From positions 153,571 to 217,570 of the IMG/VR virus record IMGVR_UViG_2881684137_000004: a DNA stretch of 64,000 bases. One strand, 5' to 3'. This document shows, in pieces, positions 1 to 8,713 of this stretch. Both the position numbers and the translations under genes were made by a program. The notes under the pieces are model-generated. The model searched no databases, was not told the origin of the DNA, and was given only the letters and a program-made list of their open reading frames with translations. The number at the start of each line of letters is the position of its first letter. Position 1 is the stretch's first letter. The DNA is from a virus (lineage: Duplodnaviria > Heunggongvirae > Uroviricota > Caudoviricetes).

Positions 1-21
1 TGAATTGCAACTCTATAGATG

Positions 22-843
22 TTATTGAAGACTTATTGCAGTGTGATCAAAAACAATGTAAACAGTATGCGTCTCCTCTACGCTTATTGGTAGATCAATC
101 TTGGAATCTTCAAATACAATAGCATCGTAACCAGCTTTCATTATCATGCTTTTCCATTCGGACATATAGTTTGCGTTGAGTAACAAGCTAGTCATTTGCT
201 TTTCAGAAGGTGTTTCAGTTCCAATGTACTTGAATGCCAATGGCTTGCATAGAAAAAAATCATCAAAGTTGTCAGTATGAGCGTAAAGCGGATTATGTAA
301 GGTTACTTTTACAGTGTAAACATTTGGGCCATACAGTGATCGTGCTTTATCTGGAGAAGAAGTAAACCAAGTGCCCAACTTGTTATAGTTAGTTACCTCC
401 TGAGCTTCAAATGTTAAGCTTCCATTATGTGATGCATGGAAGACAGTGTGAACATTGCCGTTCGAGTTTTCAACTTCTGCTATAGTAACTTCTTCTGTTA
501 CCGTTGAAGTGGACATGACTTCTTCTGTCTTCTTCACAGCTTTACGGTACTTGCCAATACTTAGCTTCTCTTCAATCTGGTCACGTAACCAAGACACTTC
601 TTCTTTGACCTCTTTAATGGTCATGCTGAGTGCTTTGTTAACCGAAACTACAGTATCGCTATATGTTTTTTCATCTTCGGATGGACATCCACTCCATATT
701 ACTCCGTTGATATCTTTGATCATTGCATATGCTGCATCCCATTCAGCTTCAGTCTTGCATACCAAACGTAGTTGTGCACCTTTGTATTCATCTTTACCAG
801 TCATTGGGTTCCAGTTACGTTCTTCTTCGTATACAAGTTTCAT
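22..843 (-). CDS. Two-domain protein with C-terminal ADP-ribosyltransferase-like (ART-PolyVal-type) domain
   Basis: C-terminal motifs VFHAS, LGTWFTS..A..LYG.NVYTVKVTLHNP, KAGYDAIVF, VYIVFD follow the YHG..G.YFT..A..Y..nP..GYDGi..yvvF pattern; GGAGGA RBS upstream. Confidence 0.6.
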   Translation of the reverse strand: MKLVYEEERNWNPMTGKDEYKGAQLRLVCKTEAEWDAAYAMIKDINGVIWSGCPSEDEKTYSDTVVSVNKALSMTIKEVKEEVSWLRDQIEEKLSIGKYRKAVKKTEEVMSTSTVTEEVTIAEVENSNGNVHTVFHASHNGSLTFEAQEVTNYNKLGTWFTSSPDKARSLYGPNVYTVKVTLHNPLYAHTDNFDDFFLCKPLAFKYIGTETPSEKQMTSLLLNANYMSEWKSMIMKAGYDAIVFEDSKIDLPISVEETHTVYIVFDHTAISLQ

Positions 844-886
844 TGTGAATCCTCCGATTAATTTATATTATGTATTTGTTATCTTT

Positions 887-915
887 ATTATAAGCGATTA
901 CTTTATATATGTAAA
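887..915 (-). promoter_or_regulatory. SigA-type promoter for 22..843
   Basis: Minus strand TTTACA (915-910), 17 nt, TATAAT (892-887). Confidence 0.6.
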
Positions 916-945
916 GTGTTTTATGTATATTTTATTTATTTATTT

Positions 946-1990
946 TTTTGGAATTTATTTTTGGAAATTTTCAATTTTGGAATTTGGGTGATTGATCGTG
1001 AGGTATAGTGATGATGGTAGCAAGGTGAGAGATGAGGCTTATAAGGCTGCGTAGGGATGAATAGAGGATAAGGATAGGATGGGATGGAGGAGAGATTAGG
1101 GATGAGTTGTGGAGTTGTGAGGGTGGATTGAGTTATGGATTGGGGAATATTGGTAATTTTATATTTTGAATAATAGTTATCATTTGATAAGTATTTGAAG
1201 AAACGCTGCCTGTTACAATAACGATGTTGGCGAATGTCTTATCTCTCCCGCTCCTGTATATTAAATTAATTGGAATAATCATACAAAAACTTTTTTGCTG
1301 CCTTCAACAGCATGTGCTAATCATGTATCTGATTTGCCTGGACTGTCATTCATATTCTCCTGTATCATTACCATATATTGCTAAAGTGTCATCTAATCAC
1401 TATTAGACTACAGTTTTAAAGGGTTATTGACCTCTATCCAGACCATAAGCAGGGGGCTACTTAACAACTTTTATATCCATTTATTACCAAATATCAGCAT
1501 GAGCACATCAACTCCCACACTCAGCTTAATTTATCAATCGATACAGCATATTTCTCCACTCTCCCACTATTCTCATCCTCATCTTCCCACTAGTCGTTAT
1601 CGTAATTGTTATCGTAAACTATGCATATTCATTACCTTTTCTCACCTAATATTTATCATCATTTCACCTTTTTCTCCACTTTACCTCTCATTCCCCCAAT
1701 ACTATCAACACATTTACGATATCAACTATCGATATCACATTTCCCTTCCTCAATTACACTCATCAATTTCCCAATATTCTCAACAGTTAAATACTCATTT
1801 CCATACTCATTTTCATCTTTATATTTACTCACTATCTCACTCACGATAACATTTACCACCTACCCGATCTCATCTATAATCCTACAATTTTTAACTTTAT
1901 CACCTACTCTTTATCGTAAAGTTATTGAAATTCAACAGTTATTCACCTATACTATCCTCAATTGTCTAATTTACTATTTATTACTACGAA
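946..1990. other. ~1 kb non-coding region with G-rich left arm and C-rich right arm
   Basis: 990-1200 is G/purine-rich and 1500-1990 is C/pyrimidine-rich; ORFs here are compositionally aberrant and lack RBS. Confidence 0.6.
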
Positions 1991-2005
1991 TTGGAGTCTT
2001 AATAA

Positions 2006-2497
2006 ATGAATTGTCCTCTTTGCAATAGCCCACTTAAAAGGAATAAGGTTGCTTGTTCAATGAAATGTTACGGCTTGTTAAAAAGTAATATTAAACAATG
2101 TGTGATATGTGATAAACCATTCTTTGAACCCCCAAGTAGTTCAACAATTACATGTGGAGAAGACTGTTCTGCTGAAAATAGACGGAGATTATTCAAAAAA
2201 GGAGTTAACGATGAAGCTTTAAAAGCAGCTCATGAAAAGTTGTTAACTAATCCACTAACCGGACGCTTCTCAACACACATGCATGCAAAGGAGTGGGTTA
2301 TTCAATCTCCAACAGGAGAAGTCTACAAATGTCGCAATTTAAAAAATTGGCTGAGAGAAAATGAACAGTTATTAGACGGTACATACAAGCAGGCTTGGGA
2401 CGGAATATCTAAGATAAAATATTCTGCTCAGGGCAAGAGAAAAAATAATGTTTATCAGTGGAAAGGTTGGAGGTTGTTGGCCTGGAGTGACAATTAA
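2006..2497 (+). CDS. Zinc-finger protein with NUMOD1-like C-terminal DNA-binding region
   Basis: CxxC..CSxxC repeats; C-terminal ..KEWVIQSPTGEVY..QWKGW; GGAG RBS; no HNH or GIY-YIG catalytic motif seen. Confidence 0.55.
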   Translation: MNCPLCNSPLKRNKVACSMKCYGLLKSNIKQCVICDKPFFEPPSSSTITCGEDCSAENRRRLFKKGVNDEALKAAHEKLLTNPLTGRFSTHMHAKEWVIQSPTGEVYKCRNLKNWLRENEQLLDGTYKQAWDGISKIKYSAQGKRKNNVYQWKGWRLLAWSDN

Positions 2498-2516
2498 ATT
2501 AATAACATTACAAATT

Positions 2517-2551
2517 AAAAAAACTCTCTAAATTAATTGAGAGTTTTTTTT
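2517..2551. terminator. Bidirectional intrinsic terminator between convergent genes
   Basis: AAAAAAACTCTC-loop-GAGAGTTTTTTT. Confidence 0.8.
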
Positions 2552-2554
2552 ATA

Positions 2555-2785
2555 TTAATTTGGCTGTTGTTTTTCCTTGTTTGATTCATTAAGCAGTTTA
2601 ACTATCTCCGACAATCCAATGAGCAACATCCCAGATGTGATTGATCCAAACCACCACAATAGCATGTTGGAAAAAATAAAGCCATCATCAGATTGCCCTG
2701 AAATTAATCCATAAATTAATCCAACTACTAAGATGCATCCACCCAAATACTTTAGAGATAAAAAAATAGTATGGTCGTACTTCAT
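2555..2785 (-). CDS. Small two-TM membrane protein
   Basis: AGGAGGTG RBS; two hydrophobic segments. Confidence 0.7.
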   Translation of the reverse strand: MKYDHTIFLSLKYLGGCILVVGLIYGLISGQSDDGFIFSNMLLWWFGSITSGMLLIGLSEIVKLLNESNKEKQQPN

Positions 2786-2854
2786 TAATGTACACCTCCT
2801 ACCATTTATTGTTAATGAATTATTATTAAAACTCTTCTATCTATCTTACTCTTC

Positions 2855-3043
2855 TCACTTTACTAGGCTGGTGAAACTAGGCTGGAGACTCATAAAAGTG
2901 TTATGTAATCCCTCTAATACAAAAGTAACAGCACTCGCAAATAAGTCACCGCCTTTATTTGCAAACTGATCTGGATTGCTTATAAATACCAATAAAACCA
3001 CTAGGGTCGATAAAGCAGCTATCAACTTTAATTTATTGTTCAA
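2855..3043 (-). CDS. Small membrane/secreted hypothetical protein (TTG start)
   Basis: AAGGATGTG RBS before TTG; N-terminal hydrophobic stretch; TTGAAT-17-TAATAT promoter-like sequence at 3107-3079. Confidence 0.55.
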   Translation of the reverse strand: MNNKLKLIAALSTLVVLLVFISNPDQFANKGGDLFASAVTFVLEGLHNTFMSLQPSFTSLVK

Positions 3044-3617
3044 TAACTCACATCCTTTTGACCTATTTTTATAGTTATATATTACCATGTCAGTATCAAA
3101 AATTCAATTAAGTGTAGAACATTACAAATTAAGAAATTCATAACTTACTAAAACAACCATTCAGGATCTGATGTTGGTACCATGCATGTAATCAATTCTA
3201 AGCATTGAATTACTGTTTAGTTATCATAAATTCACTTGTAACGGTAATCTGATGATCAATTACACCCTGAGGATTAAAATGTCTTAGATTGGCATTTAAA
3301 CAGGTTATACGATGTATTGTCCTTAAGGGGTTAATAGTCTGTGAGGAAACAAGTGGTTTTCTTGTTTTTGAACAGGGTCAAACGGGAAAATGCTTTTTTT
3401 CCCGTGCGGCAGGCACTTTATATTATCTCTCCAATACTCAAGGGGGATTCTGTCACTCAGCGCAAAAGCAGCGCTTCATTCCCTTAGGAATCCAATCCCC
3501 CTTCTTGTCTACGGCTACGCCTACGCCAATTCATCCCCCTTGCCTTTATATAATGATGCTAACGCTTATATGTAAATGTAGAAATAAAAGGGACAATATC
3601 GTTCTGGTATATAGGTT

Positions 3618-3690
3618 AAAAAAGTTGTCCAATCTGTTACATTATATATATTATATATTTATATAATGAAAAGGAATGGACAACTTTTTT
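3618..3690. repeat. Perfect 14-bp inverted repeat flanking a 45-bp AT-rich core
   Basis: AAAAAAGTTGTCCA (3618-3631) / TGGACAACTTTTTT (3677-3690). Confidence 0.85.
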
Positions 3691-3695
3691 GTGTA

Positions 3696-4862
3696 TTAAT
3701 TTCCCTTATATTTTTTGATTTTTTCAATAGTTACTTTACTGTCATCATTAAAATCGAATGTAGTAGAAACAATTTTTCTAGTGTCTGTAATATAAGTTTC
3801 TTTAGTGCGATTATTTATATTAAACATTGATGCACCACTCTCTTTTTTACATAGAGCACTCTTGTGTCTTTTTTCAGCCAGCTGAACAATATAATCTTGA
3901 CTTTCAATATTAAGCAAGCTCATTTTCATATGCTTTTCTTTTGGCTCAAGTAAGAATTCACAATTTATTTCCTCAATTGCACGTTCAATGCTATTTATTT
4001 TATCGGGCGACAGTCTGTTAATCGCTTTTTCAATGTGTTTAGAATTATATCCAAATCTATACGATTGATAATAATACACAATATTCATTTTTTCCCTTAA
4101 TAGTGTATTTACTTTATTATTAAATTCTATCCTTTTGTCTTCTGGAACAAATGCTATGTCCATATTTAATCCCATATTTTCCTTTACTGTGTGTTTTACT
4201 GCTACAATATAATCCGCTTCTTGTTTTGTTGCTAATCTATAAGTACAGGAAACTAAATTCTCACTCGTGACTGAATATTGTGAATCTCCCCATTCGTCAA
4301 CATTCTCCTCAATAGTTGCGATTACTTCATTATTATCATTGGTCTTGACTGAAGTTTCAGCATGACACAAAATAACCTCTTTACTCCAATTTATTATGTA
4401 CTTATTTTTTAAATTGTTAAAGGCTTTCTCAACCTGATATTTTAATGTTCTATCAGTTGACGCAAAAAAGTCATTCATACTCAGGACATTAACATTTAAG
4501 TACTGACTGGACTTATTCTGATTTTTCTTGATGAAATTATATATGTCATTTATTATTTTCATTCTCTTCAACAATTTTGTTTTAGATATTAATAATTCTT
4601 GTTGATCATGAGTAGCAAGCATGTCTAAAAGCAATATTTCAATTATCTGTACATGTGATATAGTTTCAGTCTTAGGGAGCGGTTCTTGATACACTTCTTT
4701 AATAATAAAAGAAAATTTTTCTCTTTCATATGTGAAGTATCTCTCCCATTCGTTTAATTGTGCTATTTTCGCATTCCCAGTTTTCACTTTCTCATTTAGT
4801 AATTCACACATTTCTTTGTAGCTTTTGACTTTCTGATCTTTAGATAATCTACTTGTATCCAT
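3696..4862 (-). CDS. Conserved SPbeta-like phage hypothetical protein (resembles YonV from memory); possible DNA-binding or replication protein
   Basis: 388 aa; N-terminal YKEMCELLNEKVKTGNAKIAQL..YFTY..IKEVY motif. Confidence 0.6.
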   Translation of the reverse strand: MDTSRLSKDQKVKSYKEMCELLNEKVKTGNAKIAQLNEWERYFTYEREKFSFIIKEVYQEPLPKTETISHVQIIEILLLDMLATHDQQELLISKTKLLKRMKIINDIYNFIKKNQNKSSQYLNVNVLSMNDFFASTDRTLKYQVEKAFNNLKNKYIINWSKEVILCHAETSVKTNDNNEVIATIEENVDEWGDSQYSVTSENLVSCTYRLATKQEADYIVAVKHTVKENMGLNMDIAFVPEDKRIEFNNKVNTLLREKMNIVYYYQSYRFGYNSKHIEKAINRLSPDKINSIERAIEEINCEFLLEPKEKHMKMSLLNIESQDYIVQLAEKRHKSALCKKESGASMFNINNRTKETYITDTRKIVSTTFDFNDDSKVTIEKIKKYKGN

Positions 4863-4967
4863 TCGATATCACTACTCTCTGTATTCTATTTTCTGATTGG
4901 CTAATTCCGCGTATAGTTTAAATATTAATTGTATTGTTTATTTAGTTGTTCATTTTATTTATTTTGC

Positions 4968-5005
4968 AATTCGGATCGTGACAATTACCCGACACGATCC
5001 GAATT
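4968..5005. repeat. 13-bp perfect inverted repeat downstream of recD2 (hairpin or terminator)
   Basis: AATTCGGATCGTG / CACGATCCGAATT. Confidence 0.7.
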
Positions 5006-5016
5006 ATTTAGATTCA

Positions 5017-7341
5017 TTAAGCAACCAAGTATTTATTAAGCATTGTTCGTCTTCTCAGATTCGCTTTTTTGGAAAGTGATCTGTTTAATTCATCTGCTTC
5101 ACACACAATCACAGCATCATATCTTGCTCTAGTCAAAGCCGTGTAAATCAAATTTGCGTTACAGAAATGTGTATCATTGGGGTCTGTTATAATAATGACT
5201 ACTGGAGCAGATGAGCCTTGTGATTTGTGCATTGTTAAGCACCAGGAATGTAATAGTTGAATTTTGTCTACTAAAGGCAATCTAATTTGATCATGATCGA
5301 ATTGAATAATTATGCCATTTTTATTCCCGTCCAATACACCCTTACCAGTGTCAGTTATTATATCAATTACGAATCCTGTATCTCCATTTACAATATCAGT
5401 TTCATCACCATTTACATCCTCAATCCTGTATGTATTTCTTGTATTTATAATATAATCGTTTTTTCTTAATACATTATCTTCACCGAATTCAATTTCTATT
5501 TCACTGAATGGATTTACAATTTTCTGTATTTCTTTATTGATTTTTATTGTGCCAAGGTCGCCTTTTTTCTTCATAGTGAGTAGCATTATATCTTCAGGCT
5601 TGTAGCCCTCATCAAGGTATTTCTGATAATAAAATTTATATCCATCAATCATATATTTTTCTGAAACACTATGTATTCTTAGATTTGATCCATATTCTTT
5701 AACTCCAATAAAGTCATCATCAATAAATTGTTGTCCATTTCGAATTTTTGTTGCTATATCTAAAATGCCACCTTCTGACTGTCTGAAAACAATATCAAGT
5801 ACTGTAATAGGCACTTGATTACTCTCCTGCATATCATGAAGTAAATTCCCACACCCAACAGAAGGAATCTGGAATCCATCACCTACAAACAACAGCCTTG
5901 TGTTCGGATTCTTAATTTTCTTAAATAAAGATGCGCACAGATGCACATCAACCATACTCCACTCATCAATTACAATAAAATCTTCATGTATAGCTATCAA
6001 CTCGTTATCATCTTTCTTTTGTCCATATCCAATTGCCCTATGGATTGTCATTCCCTTTTGGTCAACAAGATATTCGGTCAGGATCTTTGCAGCCTTCCCT
6101 GTAGGTGTTAACCATTTCACTGTCAAACCAAGTTGGGTAAGAAGCTCTTTCAATAGTTTCTGCATAGCTGATTTACCTGAACCAGCAAAACCAACTAACA
6201 TTCCAATATCAAAATTCTTCACCATTTCAAAAAGAGATTTTTGTTGCTCAGATAGCCCATCTGGAAAATCATCTTTGTACTTTCTTTCCATTCTCTCCAC
6301 AAAGTCATCTACATCAAAATTCAATTTAGTGCAATGTTCAAGTTTAAACTTAATATAGTTAGCAATTCCTTTTTCAGCTTCATGCGTGTATAAAAGCATA
6401 ACCTTATCACCATCGACATGTAGCTGCGGATACATCTCAAATGGATCTTGTTTGATTACATCTTCAATACAGAATTCTTCAATTTGTAGCAACTCAACCG
6501 ATAACTGAACTAACTTATTGAATTTTGTATAAGTATGTCCTTCATTTTGTTGTTCTCCCAATGCATGTTTTACACCTGTAATGATTCTGAATGATGTTCG
6601 CATAGCATCTTCATATAGTAATTCAGCTTTTTCCCTGGTGATTCTGCCACTTTTGAGATCAACAGTAATATCGTAACGAGCCATATTCAAAGCTATCGCA
6701 TCTGCTGTCTTAAACCCAATGCCACCGACCCTAATTAACACATAAGGATTTTCTTTAATTTTTTGAATTGCTAGTTGTGCACTACCAAATTCACTCATGA
6801 TCTTTTGAATAGTATTATAGTTGATACCGTACTTACCTAAATGAGTTATCATTTCCTTATACTCAAGATTCTCTAAAACTTTTGTACGGACACGTTCATA
6901 TACCACTTCCCCAAAACCATGAACTTTTTTCCAATCAAAATTATTATTTTTTATAAGGTCAATAATATCTTCATTTGGATAAACCTTAAAAATCTCCTCG
7001 ACCTGTTTGTTTGTTAATAATGCTTTAAAGTAATCTCTTTGTTTTTCAGGGGTTTCAGGAATATCTTGATAAATATTTTTAATCCAATAACTTGCTCCAA
7101 AAGTTGGATCAATCTTATCAAGTTGTAACTCAGCTTTATATTCAGTACCGGTTTGTAGTTTTTGAGTTATCTTTCCTTTGATACTTACTTTTCCTCGCTT
7201 ATTAACTTCAATTCCCTTGCCATCGATTAAAGTACAATCATAGATATAAAATCCATCTGGACTATTATAAGTTTTAGGATGAACTTGCCAGTCTGGTTTT
7301 ATTAACACTTCAATTACATCATTTTCGTTCAATCGGTTCAC
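5017..7341 (-). CDS. recD2: RecD2-like SF1B ATP-dependent DNA helicase (start may be TTG at 7332)
   Basis: HhH NPY.L..GIGFKTAD; Walker A GFAGSGKS; TPTGKAA; TIHR; DEWSMVD; VGDGFQIPSVG; TMHKSQGS; YTALTRA. Confidence 0.92.
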   Translation of the reverse strand: MNRLNENDVIEVLIKPDWQVHPKTYNSPDGFYIYDCTLIDGKGIEVNKRGKVSIKGKITQKLQTGTEYKAELQLDKIDPTFGASYWIKNIYQDIPETPEKQRDYFKALLTNKQVEEIFKVYPNEDIIDLIKNNNFDWKKVHGFGEVVYERVRTKVLENLEYKEMITHLGKYGINYNTIQKIMSEFGSAQLAIQKIKENPYVLIRVGGIGFKTADAIALNMARYDITVDLKSGRITREKAELLYEDAMRTSFRIITGVKHALGEQQNEGHTYTKFNKLVQLSVELLQIEEFCIEDVIKQDPFEMYPQLHVDGDKVMLLYTHEAEKGIANYIKFKLEHCTKLNFDVDDFVERMERKYKDDFPDGLSEQQKSLFEMVKNFDIGMLVGFAGSGKSAMQKLLKELLTQLGLTVKWLTPTGKAAKILTEYLVDQKGMTIHRAIGYGQKKDDNELIAIHEDFIVIDEWSMVDVHLCASLFKKIKNPNTRLLFVGDGFQIPSVGCGNLLHDMQESNQVPITVLDIVFRQSEGGILDIATKIRNGQQFIDDDFIGVKEYGSNLRIHSVSEKYMIDGYKFYYQKYLDEGYKPEDIMLLTMKKKGDLGTIKINKEIQKIVNPFSEIEIEFGEDNVLRKNDYIINTRNTYRIEDVNGDETDIVNGDTGFVIDIITDTGKGVLDGNKNGIIIQFDHDQIRLPLVDKIQLLHSWCLTMHKSQGSSAPVVIIITDPNDTHFCNANLIYTALTRARYDAVIVCEADELNRSLSKKANLRRRTMLNKYLVA

Positions 7342-7374
7342 TCCAGTTTCTAAATTATTGGTGTATTTATAATT

Positions 7375-8352
7375 TTAAATATTGATTAATATTTCCTGGT
7401 AAGCACTTGGCGCTTTTTCTTTCAGCAGTTTTATTAGTTCTTCTTTTGATAATTGCTCGATATTTTTTTCACTCACATCTCTCATCATGCGTATGCCAGC
7501 TCTACTATTATGATCAACTGTCATGTGAGTATAATGATCTATAAATGTTTGTGCTGATCGATGTCCTGTTTGCTCCATGGCAGCAACTATATTTCCAGAA
7601 GTTTTGAGTTCATAGTGTATGGCTGTCTGTCTAAAGGAGTGAGTTGTGTATCTGATATTCTTTGGAAGATTCATCAACTTTGCGAATTTTTGAATGGCTC
7701 TTCGAACTTTTGCAGGATTCAAATTTCTGAACACTTTTCCGTTTGATTTCTTAATGCTTAATATTTTATTAAACAGAATACTATCTATTGGTACCTGATA
7801 TATTTCTTCTCCTTTATCCATCATTTTGATCAAATATTCATCCTCAGATGTATAAATATCATTATAATCAATGTTCAAAACAGATGAAATGCGTCTGCTT
7901 GTTTGAGCCAGTACGAGTATGCAAATTTCTAATTCATCTGCATGATGTAGCTCCTCCTTCGCTAAAATTGCCATCTGTTTCATTTGTTCCAGTGTAATAA
8001 GACCATAACTATTAGGGTTAGCTTTAATTCTTTCTGTTGTAAATATTTCATAATTCACATTGTATTTGTTAGTTTTCAAATACTTAAAAAAACTTCTAAG
8101 AGTGCTAATATTTCTACGAACTGTATTTGGCTTAAATTTTTCAAGCAAATAATTCTTATACATTCTCACATCCTTATCCAGTATCTCAATTTCGCCGTTC
8201 TTTAGGGTTGTAATGTCATGCAATCCTATGTAATCTGTAAATTCTTTAATGTCTCGTTGATACTCCTTTCTAGTATTTTCAGGGTAAGTTTTCAAGAAAA
8301 TTGCAAGATCATTTGTATTGTTGAGTCTCTGGACTGCTGCTTGATTGCTCAT
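7375..8352 (-). CDS. Tyrosine recombinase-fold protein (SPbeta YopP/YopR-like; integrase or repressor)
   Basis: SAM-like N-terminus; R (RRISS), K (DKG), HSFR, GH, Y (DHY); GGGAGGT RBS places start at ATG 8352. Confidence 0.8.
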   Translation of the reverse strand: MSNQAAVQRLNNTNDLAIFLKTYPENTRKEYQRDIKEFTDYIGLHDITTLKNGEIEILDKDVRMYKNYLLEKFKPNTVRRNISTLRSFFKYLKTNKYNVNYEIFTTERIKANPNSYGLITLEQMKQMAILAKEELHHADELEICILVLAQTSRRISSVLNIDYNDIYTSEDEYLIKMMDKGEEIYQVPIDSILFNKILSIKKSNGKVFRNLNPAKVRRAIQKFAKLMNLPKNIRYTTHSFRQTAIHYELKTSGNIVAAMEQTGHRSAQTFIDHYTHMTVDHNSRAGIRMMRDVSEKNIEQLSKEELIKLLKEKAPSAYQEILINI

Positions 8353-8389
8353 TGAGCTACCTCCCAAATAGTAATGTAAATCTATATTT

Positions 8390-8418
8390 ATTATAAGCAA
8401 CATATATGAAACAGTCAA
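8390..8418 (-). promoter_or_regulatory. SigA-type promoter for the recombinase-fold gene and recD2 operon
   Basis: Minus strand TTGACT (8418-8413), 17 nt, TATAAT (8395-8390). Confidence 0.7.
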
Positions 8419-8446
8419 CAAATTTAATGTAAATTATACAAATTGT

Positions 8447-8475
8447 TTGACAATAATTTAACTCTATTGTAATAT
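8447..8475 (+). promoter_or_regulatory. SigA-type promoter for the small acidic ORF and RNA polymerase
   Basis: TTGACA (8447-8452), 17 nt, TAATAT (8470-8475). Confidence 0.7.
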
Positions 8476-8571
8476 TGGTCACAGAAAGGAAAATACAAAT
8501 ACTAGAAGAAAATCAAATCTACTTTGAAAGGGATGTGATTATAATAATTATATTAAAGGAGAATAGAGATT

Positions 8572-8712
8572 ATGGGGAATCATTCACGGTTAACATGGCA
8601 AGATTTATATTATGATGGGGATATCGATCCCTGGGATGAATTGTTTGATGAGGATTGTCAAGAGATTATAGAATTAGATGGCGAGTACACAGAAAATTTA
8701 ATGATAGATTAG
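8572..8712 (+). CDS. 46-aa highly acidic protein (not in ORF track)
   Basis: AAGGAG RBS; MGNHSRLTWQDLYYDGDIDPWDELFDEDCQEIIELDGEYTENLMID; stop abuts the RNAP RBS. Confidence 0.65.
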   Translation: MGNHSRLTWQDLYYDGDIDPWDELFDEDCQEIIELDGEYTENLMID

Positions 8713-8713
8713 G

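Noticed and set aside
1224-2028. ORFs 1224..1406, 1427..1849 and 1621..2028
   Set aside because: Products of C/T-rich low-complexity sequence (His/Ser/Ile/Leu-rich) with no RBS.
3289-3666. ORFs 3289..3666 and 3390..3575
   Set aside because: Overlap the hairpin/inverted-repeat block; no RBS or recognisable motif.
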